Below are positions 1-8,301 of a stretch of 64,000 bases of DNA, in pieces. Both the position numbers and the translations under genes were made by a program. Origin of the DNA: an uncultured Acidimicrobiia bacterium (lineage in GTDB: Bacteria > Actinomycetota > Acidimicrobiia > Acidimicrobiales > AC-14). Numbering within the stretch: position 1 is the first letter of the stretch; each line of letters begins with the position of its first letter. The notes under the pieces were generated by a model. It had not been told where the DNA came from, made no database searches, and saw only the letters and a program-made list of their open reading frames with translations. The stretch lies in NCBI GenBank assembly GCA_963836205.1, contig CAWIIV010000017.1, positions 160,001 through 224,000 of the forward strand, written 5' to 3'.

Positions 1-111
1 GGGCAAGTTCTTGCATTGGACGTGACGATCGACCAGATGGCGGCGATCACAGAGTTGCCATGGGTTGAGGCTCTGTCTCTGTCACACGAACTACGACCGC
101 TTCGATCCTGA
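1..111 (+). CDS. C-terminal part of a small propeptide/I9-inhibitor-like protein (5' end outside window), paralog of 2577..2843
   Basis: Frame 1 translates GQVLALDVTIDQMAAITELPWVEALSLSHELRPLRS*; aligns without gaps to the C-terminus of the 2577..2843 protein (15/35 identical, shared ALDxT...WVE..S.S..LRPL). Not in the ORF track. Confidence 0.75.
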   Translation, partial: GQVLALDVTIDQMAAITELPWVEALSLSHELRPLRS

Positions 112-724
112 TAACTCGTCGCTAGAAAGCCAGCTGAATGACGGGCGGACGACTGTTCGATCCCTATCAAGGAGGGTGAGGGTCCTTGGATGGTTGACCG
201 TCCCTCATAGCCAAATATCTCAGAGCACCAGGCCTTTGGAGGCTCCCAAAACTCGGGGTTGAGCCCACTGCGTGATGCGCTCGGGGCGTGCAGAATGCAA
301 TGCGGATTCGACAAGCCTAGGCATCCTGCGTGATCGTGGATCGGAAAAATGGCCTTAGCGTGAGTGCCGACGCGCGTAATAGCCGAGTACGGCTCGATTC
401 TTAGCTAGCTCAGGAGCACTCGGGTTCTTGAGTAGCTACCTCGGCCTCTGGGCCGGCACTCGGCAGCGTCAAAGTTTGAAGCAAACTGTAATCCTGTAGC
501 AATCCAGTAGAAACCCGCCCGTGTCACAGCATAGGGACGATGCACCAAGAGGAATGCGTTCAGCCAAAGATTTCGACTATGTCCAGATTCGAGAGAGCTG
601 CGATAGCGTCGTCGGGGAGCCCAAGTTGGCGAACACGACGTATCAGCGGCCCCCGCTCGGACTCTCAGGGAGGTGATAGCGCACGACTCGAGTCATCGTG
701 GATGGACGGCGGAGGGAGATGGGC

Positions 725-2521
725 ATGCACGACGACGACCCGCCTGACCAAGGCTCGGCACGTCTGCCAACGCCTAGATCGCATCGAAGCGGGCCCTTCC
801 CGGAGCATCCGCTCAGGAAGACTGGTCGCACGACCACCCACTCCTTCGCACCGAGCGAAAACCTTGCTCCACGTCGAGGAGCAAGGTCTCCGTGGGTCGA
901 GTCGGTTGTACCCCCGCTCCATGCCGATTCGTCGAACGGTCGCAAACAACTCTGTTGCGGACGCGGCCGCGACCCAAGGGTCGCCGCGATCGGTACGTTC
1001 GTCGGCTTAGTACGGTATTCTGCGGCGCTCGCAACGGCGGGTCGAGAACCCTTGGAGGCCGACGACTTGGAGGAGTGCAGCAGGCGGCTCGGGCTGCCGG
1101 TCGTCATTGATGGGAAGCAGTACACGGGCGATGGCGTGGTCGTTGGTATTGTGGACACTGGGGCTGATGCCTCCCATCCGGCCTTTAAGGACCGGATTCT
1201 ATCGGCTTGGGACCAGCAGAGCGTTGGCTTATACGGACGGCCGAGTGATCGAGGGTGGGGGTTCATTCTTGACGGTGACGACACTCGTTATCTCACCGAT
1301 CCTGAAGGCCACGGAACCCACGTTGCAGCAATAGCTGCTGGATCGAACCATCCAGTGGGAGTGGCACCCGGATCAGACCTAGTTATTGTTCGTTGCGACA
1401 AGAAGACATTCGGAATCCAGGCCGGGGTCGCCTGGATTTTTGAGATTGCAGAGAGCCTCGGGCGTCCTGCAGTCGTCAACGTCAGTTGGGGTGGGGTGCA
1501 TCTCGATCCTCACGACGGCACAGACAGCCTTTCGGAGGCTCTTGACCATCTCGTGGGGCCAGGACGCTTGGTGTGTGTCGCAGCTGGCAATGAGCAGCAT
1601 ATGCACCTTCACGTACGGGTCGAGCTTGGCCGGGACGAGCAGTTTCGGATCCCATTCATGTGGGGCGGTCCGCCATCCCTAGGCGACCTTATCTGGCTCT
1701 CTGGCTGGTGCAGCGGCGAGCTCCCCTCGGCCGTCGGCATTGAGATCGAGGGGGAGCGGATAATTGCTAGTGGATCCGGCGCAGTCGAAACCGCCACTCT
1801 TGGCAACACACCCGCGTACGTCGTTACGGATTGGGCTAGCAACAGACCGGGATTTCGAATCGGCATTCGTCCCCAATTATGTACGGGCGGGCAGGTTCGG
1901 GAGCAGGGAAAGGGTTGGCTCCTACTGAACGGGTGGTCTCTGACCGAGCCAACCAGGATTGACGTCTGGTCCAACGGGCAAGGACTTGAATTCTTCGATC
2001 ACACGAGGGCAGAGCGACCTGCCGCTACGTCAGTCTCTGACGAGTCCATGCTCGCCAGCCCGGCGTGTGCGAACGGGGTCATAACTGTTGGCGCTGTCTA
2101 TGGGCTTCTACAGTGGACGAATCGCCTCGGCCTGACTATTACTGCCGACCGACCCGTTGGTCAGGCCTGCGCCTTCTCTAACTCGGGTCCGACCATGGAC
2201 AATCGCCAAAAACCGGAGGCCGCTGCAGCGGGCTTCGGCGTACGGTCCGCCCGTTCACGACAGTTTGGGACTCAAGTCGGAGAGACAGATGCCGACATAC
2301 TCATGGTGGGAAAGTCCGGAACGAGCATGGCCGCACCGCAGGTCACTGGGCTACTCGCCCTTGGCTTGGAGGCCACAAATGGCGAGCTCGATCCGGACGG
2401 GGCGCGAGCGGCTCTGATCTCGGCGGGCGGCGGGAGGGCATGGAATCGACTGACGGGCTGGGGTGAGCCGGACGCGACTAGGTTCGTCGCCGGGCTGCTC
2501 GACTCCGTACACGAAGGGTAG
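725..2521 (+). CDS. S8 (subtilisin-like) serine peptidase, Csp-type with insertion domain, no signal peptide
   Basis: Catalytic motifs IVDTG, HGTHVA, AAGN, GTSMAAP; long insertion between AAGN and SPA; GGAGGGAG RBS at 711-718 before ATG 725. N-terminal region uncertain. Confidence 0.9.
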   Translation: MHDDDPPDQGSARLPTPRSHRSGPFPEHPLRKTGRTTTHSFAPSENLAPRRGARSPWVESVVPPLHADSSNGRKQLCCGRGRDPRVAAIGTFVGLVRYSAALATAGREPLEADDLEECSRRLGLPVVIDGKQYTGDGVVVGIVDTGADASHPAFKDRILSAWDQQSVGLYGRPSDRGWGFILDGDDTRYLTDPEGHGTHVAAIAAGSNHPVGVAPGSDLVIVRCDKKTFGIQAGVAWIFEIAESLGRPAVVNVSWGGVHLDPHDGTDSLSEALDHLVGPGRLVCVAAGNEQHMHLHVRVELGRDEQFRIPFMWGGPPSLGDLIWLSGWCSGELPSAVGIEIEGERIIASGSGAVETATLGNTPAYVVTDWASNRPGFRIGIRPQLCTGGQVREQGKGWLLLNGWSLTEPTRIDVWSNGQGLEFFDHTRAERPAATSVSDESMLASPACANGVITVGAVYGLLQWTNRLGLTITADRPVGQACAFSNSGPTMDNRQKPEAAAAGFGVRSARSRQFGTQVGETDADILMVGKSGTSMAAPQVTGLLALGLEATNGELDPDGARAALISAGGGRAWNRLTGWGEPDATRFVAGLLDSVHEG

Positions 2522-2576
2522 GGGTTGCGTTGAGCGGGTTCGTCCGAGCTACATGGCGGGGTAGGAGGAGCGTGTG

Positions 2577-2843
2577 ATGACCACGAAGATGGACCAGTCG
2601 AAACTGAGCACCGACCTTCGGCTCGCGCTGTGTGTCGGCGAGCGGGATCACTATCCCGTAGTCGTCCACCTTCTCGAGGCGGTGGATCTTGACATCGTTC
2701 GCAAGTTCGGCGAGGTACGTCTTGGTGCTGACAAGCGCGTGATCGCGCTCGACCTAACCGTCGAGGCCCTGGCGGACCTGTCGCAGCAATCATGGGTCGA
2801 ATCTGTATCGTCGTCGTACGACCTTCGACCGCTGTCGGGCTAG
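2577..2843 (+). CDS. Small stand-alone subtilisin propeptide/I9-inhibitor-like protein
   Basis: Strong RBS AGGAGGAG at 2563-2570; pattern KL...L..AL / VVVH / ALDLTVEALADLSQQSWVESV...LRPL resembles subtilase prodomains; in-window paralog at 1..111. Confidence 0.7.
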   Translation: MTTKMDQSKLSTDLRLALCVGERDHYPVVVHLLEAVDLDIVRKFGEVRLGADKRVIALDLTVEALADLSQQSWVESVSSSYDLRPLSG

Positions 2844-3072
2844 ACCTCTCGACTCAAAGTCCGTCGAATTCGCCCGCCGGCGGTACCAGCGCCTACTGAC
2901 CGCTACCGGGGCCAGCTCTAGGACGCGCGACCGTCACTCGCCTTGGCGATGACGAAGATGTAGCCGGTCGTAGACATCGACGCACCCGCCTTACCCCGCC
3001 CATCGCTGCCGATCGGAGGCAGTTGGTCGCGATCAAGACATGGCGGTCAACCGTCAAGCCGTACAGCGCGCA

Positions 3073-6000
3073 CTAGAGCCCGAGCGCCAGGTGTGGCGGC
3101 TCGATCGTGTACACCCGCTCGACGGTGCGATCGAGGCTCTCGCATGCTTCGGATGCGGCCCGCTGGCTGGCGTCGAAGGCGGTGTCGTCCCAACCACGTG
3201 AACGCCCGAGTGTGGTGACGTCGAAAGCGGCGCAGTGCTGGTCGATGCGAGCCGCCGCCTCATCCCACAGGTCGGCGGCAGCGCCCTGTGCGGGACGCGG
3301 GCCCAGGCGGTCGACGAGGTGGTCGGGCGGGTCGGCGATTAGCCCAGGTATCCGGGCGGCAAGGTCCCGGTCGAGTTCCCGGCGGATGCCATGGCGCTCC
3401 CGGTCGAGGCTGGGGCGCTCCCGTATGGTTGCCTGGGCTCGCTCAAGCGCCGCCTCCAGTTCGGGCCGGTGAGCGTCCAGCTCTGCCATCTCGGCGGTGC
3501 ACGCCTCGATGCGGCCCACCGCTTGGTTCAGGTTCCCCTGGGCCAGTGAGATCTCCGAGCGGTGCAGGCGCCACAGCAGGGGCCGATCGAAGGCTTCGAG
3601 GACGTCCTCGGACTTGTCCCGCGTGAGCTCGGCCTCGGCCAGGCGCCCGGCCAACTCGTCGTTGCGCTGCGTGCTCCGGTCGAGTTGTTCGCTGTACCTG
3701 CCTATAGCGTCCACCGCCCTCGACAGCGAGCGGGTGATCTCGTGCTCCCGCTCCAACAGCTTGCGTAGGTGCGCCCCCTCCAGCTGGTCTCCGAGCCCTC
3801 GGCCGTCGCCGTCGGGCTCCCGCCGTTGCAGCTCGGCCCGGCGGGCGATGGCGGGCTCGTCGATCCAGTCCCGGACCAATGCCTTGCCGACGAGGTCGAC
3901 GGCGGTCTGCTCACCCTGGAGAGCGACGAAGACCTCATTGCTCTGCCGGCCCCTGGTCATGGGCACGTAGACGCCGCGGGTGTCGGTGGGGCCGTCGAGG
4001 AAGAGCAGGGAGCGGTCTACGGTGCGGCCCTGGTTGGCGTGGCTGGTCTGGGCGTAGGCCAGCTCCAGGTGCTCGGCCACGTACTCGGCGGGAAGCCGGA
4101 CCGTGCCCGTGCGACCGGAGACGGTGACGTCGCCCCGGTGGACGTCGGCGACCTTCCACAGGTCGCGGTTCTTGACCATGAGGCCCCGGTCGGTGTGCAG
4201 CTCCCGGTCGTTGCGGCGGGTGGCCACGACGTCGCCCCGGAAGAACTGGTACTCCCCCACCGACACCGAAGGACCGAAGATGTCGATCTCGCCCGCTTCC
4301 GCCCGCAGGTCCTGGGCTCGCAGGTTCAGCTCCACCACGGTCTCGTTCGTCGGCGCCATCATGGCCACGCTCTCGCTCCGACCCCTGGCCTGCCACCAGG
4401 CGTCGACGACCGCCTCCTCCATCTGGCGAGGCGTTCCGCCGTGGAGACGGCCGTGGTGGTCGTAGAGGTGGAGGATCTCGGTGTCGCCCCGGCGCAGGGC
4501 CAGGCTGGCGTCGCGTTCCCACTCGTTGGCGAAGCGGTGGACCCGGTCCAGTTCGATGGCGCCGTAGCAGTTGATGAGATGGCCGAACATGCCCGAGCGC
4601 CCCACCGCGGAGAACTGCAGCGGGTCGCCGACCAGCGCCATGCGCCATCCCCGGGCGTCGGCCAGCTCCGCCAGCTCGGCCAGCTTCGGCGTCGAGACCA
4701 TGGCCGCCTCGTCGACCACGACGGTGGCTCCGGGGGGCAGGTCGTAGCGGTGGTCGGGTGGCCGGTCGAGGCGGTGCTCGACGAGGAGCTTGTCCAGGGT
4801 GTCCGAGGCTAGGCCGGCGTCGGTGCCCAGCACCTCGGCCGCCCCCGCCGAGGGGGCCACGCCAAAGACCGCCCGGCCGTCGGCCCGCAGCTGCTCCACC
4901 GCCGGAGCCACCGCAGAGGTCTTGCCGGTGCCGGCGGGACCGACGACCAGCGCCAGCTCCCGGTTGCCGGCCACCGCCCCCGCCACCTCCAACTGGGGCT
5001 TGGACAGGGCCAGGCTCACTCCCGACGCGTCCAGGGCGACGTCGCCGCCAACGGCGGCCAGGCGGCGCTCGGCCCAGGCGATGAGGCGCTCCTCCTGGGC
5101 GAGGATCTCGGGCGTGGTCAGGGCCCGATCGGCAACCGACTCGGTGATGGGCCGGCCATCGCGTCGCAGGGCCACGCCGTCGGGGATGGGCCTGGAGATG
5201 TCGACCAGGCGTTCGGCGATGACCGCCTCACCCAGCTGGTGCAGCCACGGCACGAGGATCTCGGCATCGAGGGCGACGTCGGTGGGCACGGCCGCCGCCA
5301 GCTCCCGGACCAGCTCGGCCGGCCGCCAGCTCGACTGGGTCTCGGTCAGGGCCTTGAGGGCTCGGGAGACGATCAGCTCCTGTGTCGCGGTGTCCATCGC
5401 CCGGCCGGCGCTCGGCTGCGACACGGCCGCGCCGACGACGTACTCGGGGTCGTGGCCGATGGCGGTGGCCCGCTCGGCCCACTCCGCGTGCAGCGACCAA
5501 GCGTCGTCGCCGTGGGACTTCGACGGCCGGCTCTCGGTCACCGCCTCCCGCTCCAGGCGCCAGCGCTCACGGGGGGTGGGGTCTCGCTCGAAGGACTCGA
5601 CGAAGCGCTCGAGCTTGTCCTCGATCCGCTCCTCCACCGCCTTGGTGCGGGAGGAGAACTCGGCCAGCACGTCGTCGGGGACGCCCTTCATTTCGGCGAT
5701 GCCGTGGACCGGCTCGGCCCACTCCACCCCCAGGGAGCGGGTCAGCTCGGTCCGCAGGCTGGCGTGGTAGAGGGCGGACAGCGTCCGCTGGTCGCACTTG
5801 ATGGTGCGGGCGTCCAGCGCCAGCCAGCGGCCGTCATCGGCGACGACCCGGTTGGCGATGACCACGTGGGTGTGCAGCTGGGGGTCCAGCGCCCGGCTGG
5901 TGTGCTGGCGGAAGCAGGCGGCGGCGATGCCCTCGGCGTCGAGCGTGCGGACCTGGCCGCCGATGCGGTAGCGGGTGTGGGCGTGGTCCTCGATCCAGTC

Positions 6001-6354
6001 GACCATGGCCACCACCGCGCTGTCGTGGGCGTCGAGCACCGCCGCCCGGGTGGCGTCGTCGCCCAGGGCGAAGAGCACCGACACCGACTTGGGCGCCGAG
6101 GCGGTGACGTCGAAGCCCCGCACCGATCCCTCGCCGTAGTTGCGACCGAGCGCCTCGCCGGTGCGGGGTTCGAGTCCGGCCATCAGCGCCAGGAAGGCGT
6201 CGTCGTCGACCTCGTTCACCAGCCCGAGTCGGCTGGCGCCGAAGCCCTGCCACGCGCCGGCGGGCTCGCCTGCGTCGAGGTAGTAGCTGGGCAGGGCCTC
6301 GACGTAGTAGAGGCCGGCGTCAGGGCCCTTGAGGGTCGTGACCCGAACGGTCAT
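3073..6354 (-). CDS. MOBF (TrwC/TraI-like) relaxase-helicase
   Basis: N-terminus MTVRVTTLKG...YY...YY, FDVTASAPKSVS, HUH motif QHTSRALDPQLHTHVV, Walker A GPAGTGKT, VVDEA, YAQTSHANQGRT; C-terminal coiled coil. Confidence 0.95.
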   Translation of the reverse strand: MTVRVTTLKGPDAGLYYVEALPSYYLDAGEPAGAWQGFGASRLGLVNEVDDDAFLALMAGLEPRTGEALGRNYGEGSVRGFDVTASAPKSVSVLFALGDDATRAAVLDAHDSAVVAMVDWIEDHAHTRYRIGGQVRTLDAEGIAAACFRQHTSRALDPQLHTHVVIANRVVADDGRWLALDARTIKCDQRTLSALYHASLRTELTRSLGVEWAEPVHGIAEMKGVPDDVLAEFSSRTKAVEERIEDKLERFVESFERDPTPRERWRLEREAVTESRPSKSHGDDAWSLHAEWAERATAIGHDPEYVVGAAVSQPSAGRAMDTATQELIVSRALKALTETQSSWRPAELVRELAAAVPTDVALDAEILVPWLHQLGEAVIAERLVDISRPIPDGVALRRDGRPITESVADRALTTPEILAQEERLIAWAERRLAAVGGDVALDASGVSLALSKPQLEVAGAVAGNRELALVVGPAGTGKTSAVAPAVEQLRADGRAVFGVAPSAGAAEVLGTDAGLASDTLDKLLVEHRLDRPPDHRYDLPPGATVVVDEAAMVSTPKLAELAELADARGWRMALVGDPLQFSAVGRSGMFGHLINCYGAIELDRVHRFANEWERDASLALRRGDTEILHLYDHHGRLHGGTPRQMEEAVVDAWWQARGRSESVAMMAPTNETVVELNLRAQDLRAEAGEIDIFGPSVSVGEYQFFRGDVVATRRNDRELHTDRGLMVKNRDLWKVADVHRGDVTVSGRTGTVRLPAEYVAEHLELAYAQTSHANQGRTVDRSLLFLDGPTDTRGVYVPMTRGRQSNEVFVALQGEQTAVDLVGKALVRDWIDEPAIARRAELQRREPDGDGRGLGDQLEGAHLRKLLEREHEITRSLSRAVDAIGRYSEQLDRSTQRNDELAGRLAEAELTRDKSEDVLEAFDRPLLWRLHRSEISLAQGNLNQAVGRIEACTAEMAELDAHRPELEAALERAQATIRERPSLDRERHGIRRELDRDLAARIPGLIADPPDHLVDRLGPRPAQGAAADLWDEAAARIDQHCAAFDVTTLGRSRGWDDTAFDASQRAASEACESLDRTVERVYTIEPPHLALGL

Positions 6355-6360
6355 CCGCGC

Positions 6361-6410
6361 CACCCGCCCGCGGGTGTGCACTCGTCTGTCCTGAATTGCG
6401 ACAGGGGGGT
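6361..6410. other. Candidate oriT/nic region
   Basis: Inverted repeat CACCCG-N4-CGGGTG followed by TGCACT, plus CTGTC...GACAG repeat, immediately upstream of the relaxase; GGGTGTG resembles the F-type nic core. Confidence 0.35.
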
Positions 6411-6443
6411 AGTCGGGAGGTTGCTCATGGTTGTCGGGGCCTC

Positions 6444-6806
6444 CTACTTGCTTGATGCGGATCGGGATCGCGTCACGTAGATGCCGGTGCCGGTCAGGTC
6501 GAGGACGTAGGTCGGCGGTTCGAATCGGCCGTGTGTCCTGGCTGTGGCGGTACGGATCACGTGGGCGCGGTGGAATTCGCGGAGTCGTCGGTAGACGGTG
6601 TCCTTCGACAGTCGCGGTAGGCGCTCGGCGATCTGACGGATGCTTGCCTGGACGACGAGTTGGTCCTCGCGCTGGAGAGCGTGGGTGATGAGATCGTGGA
6701 GGATGGCGATGGCATCGGGCCCGTGCCGCTCGACGAACGCGAAGGCCTGGGGATAGCGGTGCTCGATACGGATCTCGTCGATGAGGGCGAGGTTGTCGGA
6801 GCGCAT
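6444..6806 (-). CDS. Winged helix-turn-helix protein (relaxosome accessory or Rep-like)
   Basis: ASIRQIAERLPRLSKDTVYRRLREF HTH followed by a wing (PTYVLDL); co-oriented upstream of the relaxase. Confidence 0.7.
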   Translation of the reverse strand: MRSDNLALIDEIRIEHRYPQAFAFVERHGPDAIAILHDLITHALQREDQLVVQASIRQIAERLPRLSKDTVYRRLREFHRAHVIRTATARTHGRFEPPTYVLDLTGTGIYVTRSRSASSK

Positions 6807-6870
6807 GGATCACACCACCAGTGTTGGTCTTCACGTACGACGATCACTCTGCGAACAAAGAGAGTCCCAA

Positions 6871-6886
6871 ACTACAAGCGTGTAGT
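6871..6886. promoter_or_regulatory. Palindromic operator between divergent wHTH and XRE genes
   Basis: Perfect inverted repeat ACTACA-AGCG-TGTAGT. Confidence 0.45.
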
Positions 6887-6942
6887 GAAGTCGTCAATTG
6901 AGGGGAGCGGTCGCCTAGGATGAAGAGCGGAGGTAACCCGGG

Positions 6943-7623
6943 ATGACGAAGCGCCGGACCAAAGAAGAGCGCCAGGCACCGCTGTTCTGGGGCCTCACTC
7001 CAAATCAGCTCGTCGGGTACAACCTCTGGTGCGCCCGACAGGAACGAGGCTGGACGCAGGCGCAGGCGGCCGAGGCACTGGAGCCACACCTCGGGGTCCG
7101 CTGGACCGTCGCGCAGGTCTCAGCCGCCGAGCGATCGGTGGACGGGACCCGCGTGCGCCAGTTCACGGCCGACGACCTCGTCGCATTCGCGCAAGCCTTT
7201 GACGTCCCGATCACGTACTTCTTCATTCCGCCGAGACCTAGCGCGACGTGGAGCAAGGTCAAACCCGGGACGTCGGAGGACGCGCAGAACCGCACGATGG
7301 CGGTGATGATCGACCTCATCCTCGGCGACTCGACCGACGGTGCCCCGCTGCTGGCGAAACACCTCCACGAGGTGATGCGCGACCTCGACCCGGCACTGTT
7401 CTCCGATGCCCAGGAACGGATCTTCGCCCTGGCCCGGCTCCGCCTGCTCGGTGTCGTCGGGCACGCTGTCGGCAGCATCGGCGGGTGGCAGCAGTCGCTG
7501 CGCGCCCTCGCCGACGAGCTGGGCGCACTGGAGGACGACGTCGCCGTGATGCTCGCTCACTCGCTTCCGGATGTGACAGAGAAGGACTTCACGGGCCTCG
7601 CCGCCGAAGATGCGAAGGCCTGA
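6943..7623 (+). CDS. XRE-family HTH transcriptional regulator
   Basis: NLWCARQERGWTQAQAAEAL...WTVAQVSAAER...FTADDLVAFAQAFDVP; GGAGG RBS upstream. Confidence 0.85.
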   Translation: MTKRRTKEERQAPLFWGLTPNQLVGYNLWCARQERGWTQAQAAEALEPHLGVRWTVAQVSAAERSVDGTRVRQFTADDLVAFAQAFDVPITYFFIPPRPSATWSKVKPGTSEDAQNRTMAVMIDLILGDSTDGAPLLAKHLHEVMRDLDPALFSDAQERIFALARLRLLGVVGHAVGSIGGWQQSLRALADELGALEDDVAVMLAHSLPDVTEKDFTGLAAEDAKA

Positions 7624-7731
7624 TTACGAACCCGCCAGGGCGTGTCAAGGGCGGCGTCAGCCGTCCCGTGGGACCGGAGCGCAGCGGAGGCCCTTGACGG
7701 GCCCGGTCACGCCCGAGGGGACAATGGAAGG

Positions 7732-7753
7732 AGCCCGCCCCCTGGGGCGGGCT
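7732..7753. terminator. GC-rich hairpin between convergent XRE and xis genes
   Basis: AGCCCGCCCC-CT-GGGGCGGGCT. Confidence 0.5.
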
Positions 7754-7810
7754 TGGCCGACCATCCCGCTCGGATCCAGCCCGACCGAATCGCCGACCTA
7801 TGCGGCGCGA

Positions 7811-8146
7811 TCAGAACGGCAGGACAAGTTGATCGCCAGTGACGCGACGGTCGCGGCGCTTCGAACTCGGACGCCTGGCGCTGGTTGACGCAGTCGTGTC
7901 GCGCTCCACTGGCGGAGGTGGCTTGGGCTCCTCGGCGAGGGGTGGCCACTCGATCGCGAATCCCAGCCACGCCTCGAACTCGGCGCGGTAGATGAGGATC
8001 AGGCGGCCGATCCTGTGACAGGGGATGCCTTCCCGGCTATCGGGCGCCAGGAAGAGCCGGCACTGGACGTACGCACTCTGGCGTCCGATGCCGAGTACCT
8101 GACCCGCCTGCTCCACAGTCAGCACATCCTTCGATGCACGGCGCAT
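7811..8146 (-). CDS. Excisionase-like HTH_17 protein
   Basis: VLTVEQAGQVLGIGRQSAY...IPCHRIGRLILIYRAEFEAWL; TAGGAT -10 seven nt before ATG (leaderless); divergent from the integrase. Confidence 0.8.
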   Translation of the reverse strand: MRRASKDVLTVEQAGQVLGIGRQSAYVQCRLFLAPDSREGIPCHRIGRLILIYRAEFEAWLGFAIEWPPLAEEPKPPPPVERDTTASTSARRPSSKRRDRRVTGDQLVLPF

Positions 8147-8301
8147 ATCCTCTATCCTACAGATCACTCGACGGGCCTGCAGATAAGATGTGGACGGAGC
8201 ACGGAAGCGCAGGACCGTCGAACTCTGATGCCGGTACCAATCGGCACGACCTACGGCGCTCGGTGTGAGCCGTGCGGCAGGGATGGCTCAAGGAGGCAGC
8301 G

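Noticed and set aside
112-700. Short ORFs or ncRNA between the two small genes and the protease
   Set aside because: No convincing coding signal or recognisable RNA motif by eye; treated as a promoter/intergenic region.
6355-6834. 160-aa N-terminal extension of the relaxase in the ORF track
   Set aside because: Low-complexity shadow frame overlapping the wHTH gene; MOBF relaxases start at MTVRVTTLKG with the catalytic Tyr near the N-terminus.
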